Shown piece after piece: positions 48,648-58,294 of a stretch of DNA of 64,000 nt (its first letter is position 1; each line of letters begins with the position of its first letter). A program made the translations under genes and the position numbers. The notes beneath the pieces are model-generated. The model was not told the DNA's origin, made no database searches, and saw only the letters and a list, made by a program, of their open reading frames with translations. The DNA is taken from positions 416,001-480,000 of the forward strand of contig CBDCNQ010000004.1 in assembly GCA_965219445.1 (NCBI GenBank). The letters run 5' to 3'. This DNA comes from Longimicrobiales bacterium (lineage in GTDB: Bacteria > Gemmatimonadota > Gemmatimonadetes > Longimicrobiales > Gaopeijiaceae).

Positions 48648-50738
48648 TTACCCAACCGAGAAAAGCTTCAGACGTTCAGAGTACCGATGATCCATCAATT
48701 CCCTGATCCGAGTGACCCCCTCGCCCCTCAACTCCGGGTCGGTCTCGACCAGGGCACGTGCCCGGTCTTGGGCCTCCACGAGCAAGCCCTCATCCCTCGA
48801 CAGGTCGGCGAACCGTAGAATAGGATCCCGTCCGTGCTGTTGTGCGCCGAAGAGGTCTCCCTGCCCTCGTATACGCAGGTCGGCGTGTGCCACGGCAAAG
48901 CCGTCGGACGTGTCTCTGAAAATCTTCAGTCGCTCGGCTGCTGCCTCGCCCGGTTCGGCGATGAGCACGCAGTAGCTCCTTGCGGCCCCACGCCCCACTC
49001 GGCCCCTCAGCTGGTGAAGTTGTGACAGTCCGAAGCGCTCGGCGTGCTCCACCACCATGACCGACGCGTTGGGCACATCGATACCGACCTCGATCACGGT
49101 CGTCGCGACCAGAACGTCCAGATGCCCGGCAAGAAACGCCCGCATCACTTGATCCTTCTCCGCGCTGGACCGTTGTCCGTGAATCAGCCCTACCCGTCGG
49201 TGCTGGAAGGCCTCGGCCGAGAGCCGCTCGTACTCTTCGGTGGCGGACCGCAGGTCCATCTTCTCCGACTCCTCCACCAGCGGATAAACGATGTAGGCCT
49301 GGCGCCCCGCCTCGATTTCCTCGTCCACGAAGCGGTGGACTTCTTTTCGCTGGCTAGGATACCGGAGTAACGTCTTCACGGGCTTCCGACCCGGGGGCAT
49401 CTCGTCGAGAAGGGAAAGATCGAGATCCCCGTATAGCGTCATCGCCAGTGACCTGGGGATCGGCGTCGCCGACATGATGAGGGTATCCGGCGGGGTTTTG
49501 CGGTCTCCCAAGGCCATCCGCTGTCTGACACCGAAGCGATGTTGTTCGTCGACCACCACCAAACCGAGGTTCCGAAACTCGACCCCCTCTTGGATGAGGG
49601 CGTGCGTGCCCACGGTGAGCGACGCGGTACCATCGCGCAGTGCCTCCAGCGCCTTCTTGCGCTCCGAGGTCTGGAGCTGGCCCGTGAGTATTTGGACGTT
49701 CAAGCCGAGAGGCGCAACCAACTCGCTCATCCGGCTCAAGTGCTGCTCCGCGAGCAACTCCGTCGGTGCCATGAGGACAGCCTGGCGTCCACTCTCCACG
49801 GCCAGGAGCATGGCAAAGAGAGCCACGATCGTTTTGCCTGATCCCACATCCCCTTGCACGAGCCGGTTCATCCTCCGGCTCGAGCCCATATCTGCGTAGA
49901 TCTCGCGGAGTACCCTCGCCTGTGCGGCTGTCAACTTGAAGGGCAACGCCTCGTGCAGGGGCCGGATGAGCTCGTTGGTCCGCTCGAACACGAGTCCCGG
50001 TTTCTTGGCAGTTTCTTGGTAACGAACTTGGGCCTGCACGAGCTGGAGGAAGAACAACTCGTCGAAAGCGAGGCGCCGCCGGGCAGCCTCCACGGCCCCC
50101 AACGAGGATGGCCGGTGAAGCGCCCCAAGGGCCTCACGGAGGCCCGGCAGGGAAAGCTTCATCCGCTCCTCTCCGCCTAGATACTCTTCCTCGCTCACCT
50201 CCTTGAGGAGCACGTCGAGGTTCTTCTCAAACAGACCCCTGAGGATCCACTGCGGAACCTCCTCACTCGCCGGATACGTCGAAAAGACATGCCCCTGGGC
50301 CACCGCAGCCGGTGCATCGTCCGAGGCCCGGGCCAACACCGTGAATTCTCGGGGCTGAAGCTGCCTCCCGTGGAAGAACTTCACGGGCCCTGTCACCAAC
50401 AGGAGATCCCCTTCCTGAAGCTTCCGCTCCAGCCAGGGCTGCCCGGGCCAAGCACACGTGATCAGGCCCGACTCGTCCTCCAAGACGGCTTGAAAGATAC
50501 GGAGGCCCTTTCTCGTGGGGATGACGCCCTTCGAGCGCACCCGCCCGACAGCCGTGACGTCCGTACCGACCTGCAGTCGCTCGATCGGCTCGATCGTGGA
50601 GGCGTCGTCGTAGCGCCGCGGCACGTGGTAGAGGAGGTCGCGGGCAGTCACGATTCCCATCCGCCCCAGCGCTCCGGCGCGAACCGGCCCCACCCCCTTC
50701 AGAAACTGGACCGGTCTGTCCAGCCTGAAAAAGCTCAC
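48648..50738 (-). CDS. recG: ATP-dependent DNA helicase RecG
   Basis: QGDVGSGKT, APTELLAEQH, DEQHRFG, MSATPIPR, LHQLRGRVGRG, DL.IRG.G. Confidence 0.97.
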   Translation of the reverse strand: MSFFRLDRPVQFLKGVGPVRAGALGRMGIVTARDLLYHVPRRYDDASTIEPIERLQVGTDVTAVGRVRSKGVIPTRKGLRIFQAVLEDESGLITCAWPGQPWLERKLQEGDLLLVTGPVKFFHGRQLQPREFTVLARASDDAPAAVAQGHVFSTYPASEEVPQWILRGLFEKNLDVLLKEVSEEEYLGGEERMKLSLPGLREALGALHRPSSLGAVEAARRRLAFDELFFLQLVQAQVRYQETAKKPGLVFERTNELIRPLHEALPFKLTAAQARVLREIYADMGSSRRMNRLVQGDVGSGKTIVALFAMLLAVESGRQAVLMAPTELLAEQHLSRMSELVAPLGLNVQILTGQLQTSERKKALEALRDGTASLTVGTHALIQEGVEFRNLGLVVVDEQHRFGVRQRMALGDRKTPPDTLIMSATPIPRSLAMTLYGDLDLSLLDEMPPGRKPVKTLLRYPSQRKEVHRFVDEEIEAGRQAYIVYPLVEESEKMDLRSATEEYERLSAEAFQHRRVGLIHGQRSSAEKDQVMRAFLAGHLDVLVATTVIEVGIDVPNASVMVVEHAERFGLSQLHQLRGRVGRGAARSYCVLIAEPGEAAAERLKIFRDTSDGFAVAHADLRIRGQGDLFGAQQHGRDPILRFADLSRDEGLLVEAQDRARALVETDPELRGEGVTRIRELMDHRYSERLKLFSVG

Positions 50739-51658
50739 TCCTCGAAGACCCCCTCCACGAAGTCGTCGGGATCGAAGTCGGACAGATCCTCGATTCCCTC
50801 TCCGGATCCTACGAGCTTGACCGGCAGCCCGAACTCTTGCTGAAGACCCACCACGATACCGCCCCTCGCCGTGCCATCCAACTTGGTCAGGATGATCCCG
50901 GAGAGATCAACCGCCTCGCTGAACGAGCGCACCTGGGCCACCGAGTTCTGGCCGACCGTCGCATCCAAAACGATCAAGCTTTCCTGGGGAGCTCCCTCGC
51001 ATTGCCGGCGAATCACTCGATCGACCTTCTGGAGTTCCTCCATGAGGTTGCGCTGGGTGTGAAGGCGTCCAGCGGTATCCACCAGAACGACGTCCACCCC
51101 GCGGGCGGTGGCAGCCGCGATTGCGTCGAACACCACCGCGGCCGCGTCGCCACCCTGTTGACCTGCCACGAACTCCGCCCCCACCCGCTCCGCCCAAACA
51201 CGAAGCTGCTCCACAGCGCCCGCCCTGAACGTGTCGGCTGCGGCGATCATCACGCTGCGGCCCTGACCCCGGATACGGTGTGCCAGCTTGGCCACGGAGG
51301 TCGTCTTGCCTACCCCGTTCACGCCAATGATCAGGTAGACGGTCGTGCCGGTATCCGCCAGCTGAAGATAGGAAGAAGCGGCCGGCTCCAGGATCCGGCC
51401 GATCTCGTCCGTCAGGGCACACCTCAATTCCGGACCGCCCGACACTCTACCCCTGCGTGCGAGCGAATCGACATGATCGACGAGCCTCATCGTGGCGTTC
51501 ACGCCGAAATCAGCCGCGAGAAGGCGCTCCTCCAGTGATTCCAATGTCTCGTGGTCGACTCCCCCCACGGCGACCCGGACATCGGTCAGGGCCAGGTCGA
51601 CCGCCCGTCTCCAGAGGCCCTTCTTCTTCTCGCTGCCTCGTTTGAACAATCGAGCCAT
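50735..51658 (-). CDS. ftsY: Signal recognition particle receptor FtsY (short, NG domain only)
   Basis: GVNGVGKTTS, AADTFRAGA, DTAGRL, TKLDGTARGG, GEGIEDL. Confidence 0.96.
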   Translation of the reverse strand: MARLFKRGSEKKKGLWRRAVDLALTDVRVAVGGVDHETLESLEERLLAADFGVNATMRLVDHVDSLARRGRVSGGPELRCALTDEIGRILEPAASSYLQLADTGTTVYLIIGVNGVGKTTSVAKLAHRIRGQGRSVMIAAADTFRAGAVEQLRVWAERVGAEFVAGQQGGDAAAVVFDAIAAATARGVDVVLVDTAGRLHTQRNLMEELQKVDRVIRRQCEGAPQESLIVLDATVGQNSVAQVRSFSEAVDLSGIILTKLDGTARGGIVVGLQQEFGLPVKLVGSGEGIEDLSDFDPDDFVEGVFEE

Positions 51659-51679
51659 CGTTTTCCCGGCTCCAGCGGC

Positions 51680-53650
51680 CTATCTTAGCCCGCCCCGCCG
51701 GCGACCGATCCACTCGGCGGAAAGAAGCACGAGGATGAGAAGATACGGACCGGGGTGGGTCCGGATCGGCGGGCCGAGCGCTCCCCTCGTCTGGCGCCCC
51801 TCGTCCTCATCTGACTCCCCCATGGAGATGTCCACGGGCCGGTGTAGAAGCTCGAGGCTGTGGCCCTCGCTTTCGATCCGGCCGCTCCCGATCGCGTTCT
51901 CCTCTCCGGGGCGTGTGATCCGGTACGAGTATTCGGCGACGGGAAGCGGCCTGGTCCGCGCCATCCCGGCGCCATCCACTACCACTGTGGTATCAAGCAC
52001 CACAGAGTCGCCCATGGCGAGGGTGAGTCCGACATCTTCCCCAATCGAGCCGGGTGCTTGCCACTCCATTGGCTCACGGGAGCTCCATACGCGCTTCGCC
52101 GGCCGCGCACCCGTCGTCCCGTCCTGTGGCGCAGAGGCGAGCAGCCATCCCGCGACACCAGCCCACAGCCGACGGTACGCCTCTCGATCCGGACCTTCAC
52201 GAAATGCCCATCGCCAAAAACCCGATGCCAAAACCACCACGCGACGACGGCCTAGATTCGTGTTCAGCACGAGCCCAGCCTCCGCCGGCCCAAACCCCTG
52301 CCGCTGTAGCGGAAGTGGGGCCGGCACGGCCCCCGATGACTGCGTGGGAAGGATATCGGTCAGTGGCGGGAGCCCCGTCAGATCTGCACCGGAAAGGCTG
52401 GCCGCGAGGGCAGAGGGAGGCAGATCCGGCGTCGCATACCACTCTCCATCCAAATGTGGGCGGGCCTCCACGCCCGAAGCGAGGGCTCCTGCCGGGTCGG
52501 ACGGAAAGACGATCGATCGCGGGGCCTCCCCGAGCGTCGTGCCTACCCAATCCGGAGCTCCCGAACCGAGGCCGTGAAGCACCACGAAGTCCGCCCCGGA
52601 AAGGGCCTCTTGCACCTCGGCTTCATCGACCGGGGGTCCGACCTGGGCGCCCGAGCCCAGGCGAAGAAATCGGCCTCCGCTCATGCCGAGGAACCCGCTG
52701 GCATCGAGCCCAGTGACCTGAGAGAGTACCGGAAGCAGAAAGCGTGGCTCCCAGTCGGGCTGAAGGGAAAGAAGTACTAGACCGCCCTCCTCGGGGTCGA
52801 CCTCCATGTAGGCGGACTTGGCGTCGTCGGCTTCGAATCGGTCGCCCGGCAAGCTCACCAGCAAGCGATAACGAAGCCAGCCTATGTCGCCAGGAGCGGG
52901 TAGGCGGATCGTGGCTGTGGCTAGAAGGCCGGGCTCAGCGGGCAGGACCCCCGCCGAGGCAACGAGACGATCCTCCTCCCACACCTCGACGCGGATCGTA
53001 TCTCCCGGGTCGGTCCCCTCGGAGAACAGGGCGATCCCAACGGAGAGAGGCTCCCCCGATTCCGCCCGGGAGGGAAGTTCGAAGCGGGCGACGCCCGCGT
53101 TACGGACAAGCTCCCCCCTTCGCTCGATCTCAACGCCGAAGGGGGATCGACCACTGCTGAGCTCGGCTTCCACCGGATCGTCCAGTCTGAGATCCGAGAG
53201 AACCGTGACGTTCGTGGCTCCGGCCTCTGCCGCCCGAGCGAAGGCAGGTGCCAGTCTCGAGGTAGACGCCACGGGAAGCAACGCAACTAGAGAGTCGAGG
53301 GGGACGACTCGAGGAGTTTCACCGAAGAGCAGGACCTGGGCGCCCGCTCCCGCAAGTTCACCAGCCCGCTCCAACGTCGACTCCCAGCTGGCGCCGTCTT
53401 CCGATCCGGCGGCCGACATGCTAGCGGATGCGTCCAGCAGGACCCATCTGCCCTCGGCCGTACCGCCCTGAGGGCCACCGGGCAACCGGGGATCCCAGAG
53501 CAAGAGAAGCACCAGCGCGAGAACCAACGCACGGAGCGTGCCGAGGAGCTTCTGGCCGGGGATCGGGAGTTCGCGGCGAGCATAAATCCACGCAGCGAAT
53601 CCCCCCGCACCGGCCAACAGAATTCCAAAGGCCAGCCAAGAAAGGGTCAC
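51680..53650 (-). CDS. Membrane-anchored vWA-like domain protein
   Basis: N-terminal TM pair; LLDASASM (DxSxS MIDAS) and VLSD; GFWRW; C-terminal TM LL.AEW..RRR.GL. Confidence 0.7.
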   Translation of the reverse strand: MTLSWLAFGILLAGAGGFAAWIYARRELPIPGQKLLGTLRALVLALVLLLLWDPRLPGGPQGGTAEGRWVLLDASASMSAAGSEDGASWESTLERAGELAGAGAQVLLFGETPRVVPLDSLVALLPVASTSRLAPAFARAAEAGATNVTVLSDLRLDDPVEAELSSGRSPFGVEIERRGELVRNAGVARFELPSRAESGEPLSVGIALFSEGTDPGDTIRVEVWEEDRLVASAGVLPAEPGLLATATIRLPAPGDIGWLRYRLLVSLPGDRFEADDAKSAYMEVDPEEGGLVLLSLQPDWEPRFLLPVLSQVTGLDASGFLGMSGGRFLRLGSGAQVGPPVDEAEVQEALSGADFVVLHGLGSGAPDWVGTTLGEAPRSIVFPSDPAGALASGVEARPHLDGEWYATPDLPPSALAASLSGADLTGLPPLTDILPTQSSGAVPAPLPLQRQGFGPAEAGLVLNTNLGRRRVVVLASGFWRWAFREGPDREAYRRLWAGVAGWLLASAPQDGTTGARPAKRVWSSREPMEWQAPGSIGEDVGLTLAMGDSVVLDTTVVVDGAGMARTRPLPVAEYSYRITRPGEENAIGSGRIESEGHSLELLHRPVDISMGESDEDEGRQTRGALGPPIRTHPGPYLLILVLLSAEWIGRRRGGLR

Positions 53651-54966
53651 CGCACTCCTGCGTCCGGCGCACCACCTTCGCCGAGAACGTTCATCGCCAG
53701 CTCAACGTCCCAGGGGAGGGGAAGCCGATCGAGAAGGGCCAGACGCACGCCGCTCTGAGCCTCCCACATTTCCCACTGCTCTGTTGGAACGGGGTCGCCC
53801 GCCGGCAGATCGATGGAGAGTGGATCTGCAGGCGTTCCGCGAACACTCATCTCATAGTGGAGGTGGGGACCGGTGGCCAGGCCGGTCATTCCCACGTACC
53901 CGATGATGTCACCCTGGTCGACCTGGCTGCCCACCCTCACCCCACTGGCAAAGCGATTCATGTGGGCATACCGCGTAGTCCATCCGTTGGAATGCCGAAC
54001 TACGATGGTGTTGCCGTAGGTGTTCTCCGTGGCACGCTCGATCACGACACCGTTTCCGGTCGCCTGCACGGGTGTTCCGGCGGCCGCCGCGAAGTCCACA
54101 CCCCGATGTGCCCGCCATATTCGCAACACGGGATGAAACCGGCTGTTCGTGAAGCGGCTGGAGATCCGGTAACGGAGCGCAATCGGGCTGAGAAGGAACG
54201 CGAGTCTCACGGAGTTCCCCTCCTCGTCGTAGTAGGTGCCGGCCCCGTCTCCGTTGGGGTCGAACCAGACGGCCGCATGGGGGCGTCCTTGGTTCACCAA
54301 CTCCGCCGAGAGGACGTGCCCGACGCGCATGGTCCCGTCGGGGCGAACCGCCCGTTCGTATGAGAACCGGTAGAAGTCGCCCGGCCGGATCTGCCGGACA
54401 AAGTCCACCTGCCACTGGAAGATATCGCTGAGATCCAGGAAGAGCCTGGCCTGGTCCCGAGGATCCACTTCTGCCAGGCCCTCGCTCCCGATGATGGCAT
54501 CCCAAAGAGACGACTCGGGCTCGATCTCGCCCGACGCCCACACTGTATCGGTAACCACCGGCGTGGTCATCACGTGTGAGTCCCAGCCTCCAGGGGATGG
54601 CGTCATCCGGACGGTCAGGTCCGCGTCGAGCGTGATATCGACCGACCTCAACTCGGGAGTCGCGGCGGTGAGCCAGCGGAAGGCCACTTCGGTACCAGGC
54701 CGTAGACGGCGAGGATTGGCCTGCTCCCTCAGCGCGAGGACGAAGCTGTATTGGTCGTTTGCGTCCAGCACGCCTGCCAGGAGATCGCCAAGTGTCTCAT
54801 CCCGGTCCAGTGCGCGAAGCTCGACCCGCTCAGGTGCCGCCGCGAATACCGGCGCCACGAGGCCCACCGTGGGCACCTCTTTCCCCGCGAACAGGATGAA
54901 CGCCAGGCTGGAGCCCATCACCCCGAGGACACCGATGAATCCCAATATCTTGGAACCCGAGTTCAC
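53647..54966 (-). CDS. M23 family peptidoglycan DD-endopeptidase (MepM-like)
   Basis: RFHPVL..RAHRGVDFAA (HxxxD), YAHM, TGPHLHYE (HxH); GTG 54966 after GAAGGAGG. Confidence 0.9.
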   Translation of the reverse strand: MNSGSKILGFIGVLGVMGSSLAFILFAGKEVPTVGLVAPVFAAAPERVELRALDRDETLGDLLAGVLDANDQYSFVLALREQANPRRLRPGTEVAFRWLTAATPELRSVDITLDADLTVRMTPSPGGWDSHVMTTPVVTDTVWASGEIEPESSLWDAIIGSEGLAEVDPRDQARLFLDLSDIFQWQVDFVRQIRPGDFYRFSYERAVRPDGTMRVGHVLSAELVNQGRPHAAVWFDPNGDGAGTYYDEEGNSVRLAFLLSPIALRYRISSRFTNSRFHPVLRIWRAHRGVDFAAAAGTPVQATGNGVVIERATENTYGNTIVVRHSNGWTTRYAHMNRFASGVRVGSQVDQGDIIGYVGMTGLATGPHLHYEMSVRGTPADPLSIDLPAGDPVPTEQWEMWEAQSGVRLALLDRLPLPWDVELAMNVLGEGGAPDAGVR

Positions 54967-55065
54967 CCCGCCTCCTTCAACAATCGTTACTGCCGGGAGC
55001 CCGCGTCCATACGGACCCACGTCGTTGCCGCGCTCGTTCCGTTTCCGCCGTCAACCGGCGGCGCG

Positions 55066-56223
55066 TCAGTCCATCTGCCGCCGAATGAACGTAGGAACGT
55101 CCAGCTCGCCGATCTGCTCCCGCGTCACAACCCGCTCTGGCGGTCGAGGCAGAGGGACCACGTTGGCCGATTCTCCACCGACGGCCGCCGCCTGAGGGCG
55201 CGGCTGCGCCTGACGCCGAGGCAATGGGGCCGGCGTTTCCCTTCCGAAGTCCGGCCGAATCACATCGTCGAAGCCGGTGGCGATCACCGTGACCCGAATC
55301 TGTCCTTCCAGCTCCGGATCATGGACCGCGCCAAAAATGATCTCCGCCTCATTTCCGGCCTCCTCTTGAATAATAGTTGATATCTGGTGCACTTCGTCAA
55401 TGGCGAGGTCCATTCCCCCGGTGATGTTGATCAACACACCCTGCGCACCATGGATCGATACGTCGTCGAGCAACGGCGAAGAAACAGCCTCTTGAGCCGC
55501 CTCCTGCGCCCGGTTGTCTCCCTCCCCGAACCCGGAACCCATGAGGGCCGGCCCGCGGCAGGCCATGATGGTTCGAACGTCCGCGAAGTCCACGTTCACC
55601 TCGCCCGACACCCGGATCAGATCGCTGATGCCTTGTGTCGCATGTAGGAGCACTTCGTCGGCCTTTTTCAAGGCGTTCCGGAAGGAAGTCCCCCGCGGCA
55701 CCACAGACAGGAGGCGGTCGTTCGGTACCACGATCATCGTGTCGACCGTCCTGCGAAGCTCCGTGAGTCCCTGCTCGGCCTGTCGCTCCCGTTTCTTCCC
55801 CTCGAAGGAGAACGGCTTCGTGACGATACCGATGGTTAGGGCGCCCATCTCTCGGGCGATTTCGCCAATGATTGGGGCGGCCCCGGTACCGGTTCCGCCG
55901 CCCATACCGGCCGTGATGAAGACCAGGTCGGCGCCCTCCAACACCCTGCGGACCTCGTCCTGACTCTCCGCAACGGCCTGCCGGCCAACCTCGGGCCGGG
56001 CGCCCGCGCCCAGCCCGCGTGTCAATTTCTTGCCGACCTGGAGCGTGACCTGCGCGCGCGAGCCCTTCAGCGCCTGGGCATCCGTATTCGCCGTGATGAA
56101 CTCGACGCCTTCTAAATCCTCGTCGACCATTCGGTTGACGGCGTTCCCACCGGCTCCGCCAACTCCGACCACCTTCATCCGGGCCGTCAGGATCGGAGTG
56201 TCCTCGAATTCGAAAATCATCAT
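55066..56223 (-). CDS. ftsZ: Cell division protein FtsZ
   Basis: GVGGAGGNAV, GMGGGTGTG, NVDFADV, C-terminal LDVPTFIRRQMD. Confidence 0.98.
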   Translation of the reverse strand: MMIFEFEDTPILTARMKVVGVGGAGGNAVNRMVDEDLEGVEFITANTDAQALKGSRAQVTLQVGKKLTRGLGAGARPEVGRQAVAESQDEVRRVLEGADLVFITAGMGGGTGTGAAPIIGEIAREMGALTIGIVTKPFSFEGKKRERQAEQGLTELRRTVDTMIVVPNDRLLSVVPRGTSFRNALKKADEVLLHATQGISDLIRVSGEVNVDFADVRTIMACRGPALMGSGFGEGDNRAQEAAQEAVSSPLLDDVSIHGAQGVLINITGGMDLAIDEVHQISTIIQEEAGNEAEIIFGAVHDPELEGQIRVTVIATGFDDVIRPDFGRETPAPLPRRQAQPRPQAAAVGGESANVVPLPRPPERVVTREQIGELDVPTFIRRQMD

Positions 56224-56308
56224 TAGTTGGCTCCCATGGATGGGTGGTTCGGTTTGATTCACGGTCGATGTCCCGAGTCGGTCGTTCGTCGGAGCACTTG
56301 GAAGGCTT

Positions 56309-57538
56309 CTAAAAAAATTCCTTCAGCCAGGACCCGACCTTGGACACCAGGCCGGATGTGAGCGTCGAGACGCCATCCCCAGTTTCTTCGTACCGGTCGG
56401 CGCCATACAGCACGAGTCCCGCAGCCGTCGCGAACTTTGGCCTTCCAACGGAGTCGGACAGACCCGACAGGCCCTCGCCCGGAAAGCCGCTGCGCACCGG
56501 GGCGGCGAACACCTGCTGGGCCAACTCCACGGTCCCGAACAGCGTTGACGCCCCTCCGGTGAGCACGATGCCCGCACCGAGCTTGTTCAGCACGCCCTCG
56601 CGCTCCAACTCGGCGTGGACGAGTCCGAACATCTCGTCGAGACGCTGCTCCACCACATGGGCGATTAGCTCCCGAGCGACATGGCGCGTCTGGCCCGGAC
56701 TCGGTCCGGGCAGCTCGACCGCCTCCTGTGGATCCACGAGTTGGGTAAAAGCCACACCGAAGTGCTCCTTCGCCCGCTTCGCCTCGGCAAAAGGGACCGA
56801 CAAGCCCCTCACGAGATCGTTTGTGACCGTGGCCCCTCCAAAGGGGAGGACCGCTATATGTCGGAGGTCGCCGTCGCAATAGACGGCTAGGTTGGTCGTG
56901 CAGGCGCCGAGCTCGATCATCGCGACGCCCACTTCCTTCTCGTCCTGTGTAAGGACCGACCGGGCCGCCGCAAGGGATTCGAGGACCAATTCCTGAACTC
57001 GGTAACCCGCCCTCTGGACCGCCTTCCGGACGTTCTCGGCGGCGGCAGAGGAGCACGTCACTAGATAGAGCTCGGCCTCGAGCCTCGTACCCACCATCCC
57101 TAGCGGATCCTTGATCCCGGCATGGTGATCCACGATGTAGTCCTGGGGGATCGCGTGCACGAGTTCACGATCGGGCGGGTGGGCGACGGCACGGGCCACC
57201 TCGTGAACGCGTCGGAGATCGAACGAGGAAATATCGTCGTCCATAACAGCCACGACGCCCGGAGAGGTGGCTGCTCGCATATGCTCGCCGCTGATTCCCA
57301 CATATACGCGATCCACTTTCGCGCCGGCCATGAGCTCGGCCTCTTGCATGGCCGCCTTCACGGATTCGGTGGCTTCGTCGATATGCGTGACGATGTGTCG
57401 CATGCCCGTACTCCGGGCCTGCCCCACCCCAAGGATCTTGAGATCCCTTCGGAGGAACGGATCCTCGTGGATCTCAGCGATGACCACGCAGGTTTTGGTC
57501 GTGCCGAGATCGACACCAGCGACCAAAATCGAGTGCAT
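56309..57538 (-). CDS. ftsA: Cell division protein FtsA
   Basis: GVDLGTTK, PLGM.G.RLE, GG..VTND, VLTGG, C-terminal amphipathic SWLKEFF. Confidence 0.95.
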   Translation of the reverse strand: MHSILVAGVDLGTTKTCVVIAEIHEDPFLRRDLKILGVGQARSTGMRHIVTHIDEATESVKAAMQEAELMAGAKVDRVYVGISGEHMRAATSPGVVAVMDDDISSFDLRRVHEVARAVAHPPDRELVHAIPQDYIVDHHAGIKDPLGMVGTRLEAELYLVTCSSAAAENVRKAVQRAGYRVQELVLESLAAARSVLTQDEKEVGVAMIELGACTTNLAVYCDGDLRHIAVLPFGGATVTNDLVRGLSVPFAEAKRAKEHFGVAFTQLVDPQEAVELPGPSPGQTRHVARELIAHVVEQRLDEMFGLVHAELEREGVLNKLGAGIVLTGGASTLFGTVELAQQVFAAPVRSGFPGEGLSGLSDSVGRPKFATAAGLVLYGADRYEETGDGVSTLTSGLVSKVGSWLKEFF

Positions 57539-58294
57539 CTACCGATCCCTCATTTGACCCACCGCCTTGGTTCGCTGGTCGGTATACTCGACGACCACCT
57601 GGTCTTCGAACCGAAGATCAAGGACGGCGGCGGTCCTATCAGGTTGGCGTAAAACCGCATCCTCCAGCGCGGCGAGACCGTCCCGCAGCCGCAGATGCGA
57701 GAGGGGTGGACGAAATCGAAGGAGAAGGTTTCCGCTCACCACGGCCGTCGCGTCGCCACGATCGTCGATGGCCATCTCCGAGACGGCGGCCAGGAACGTG
57801 GGGTCATCCGCCGCGAGGCGGTCCACTTCCATCGCCAGAACTCGCAACTGGGAAGACGACAGGGCAGCACGCCCTCCGGCCCCGATCAGGAGTGGGAGAT
57901 CCAGTTGGTGCTCGACGGGGTCCAACGGGAGAACTTGGCCATCCCGATCCACCGGCTCGAGCACCGGACCCGCCACGAATCCGACCGGAATGCGCTCTTC
58001 GATCGTGACCACCAGGGTTCCGGGGAGCTCAGCGGTTACGTTTGCTCGCCGAATCATCGGGTGGTTCTCGAGACGCAATTCTATCGACGTCAAATCGTCG
58101 AATACGCTGACGAACGGTGAAATGGCCGCTACGTCCAAGACCTGCTTCTCCTCGAGAAGACGGACTCCGTCCACCCTGTATTCGCGGGCTCGGAAGAACT
58201 GGAGCTCGGCGAGAGCGTCCGGAAGCCAATCGGCTGCCAGCGCAACGCCTCCTGCAAACATTCCCCACAGGGGGATGCGGAGCAGCTTACGCAT
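57539..58294 (-). CDS. ftsQ: Cell division protein FtsQ/DivIB
   Basis: TM plus POTRA (HPMIRRANV..PGTL.V.IEER), DLRFEDQVVV; located between murC and ftsA. Confidence 0.88.
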   Translation of the reverse strand: MRKLLRIPLWGMFAGGVALAADWLPDALAELQFFRAREYRVDGVRLLEEKQVLDVAAISPFVSVFDDLTSIELRLENHPMIRRANVTAELPGTLVVTIEERIPVGFVAGPVLEPVDRDGQVLPLDPVEHQLDLPLLIGAGGRAALSSSQLRVLAMEVDRLAADDPTFLAAVSEMAIDDRGDATAVVSGNLLLRFRPPLSHLRLRDGLAALEDAVLRQPDRTAAVLDLRFEDQVVVEYTDQRTKAVGQMRDR

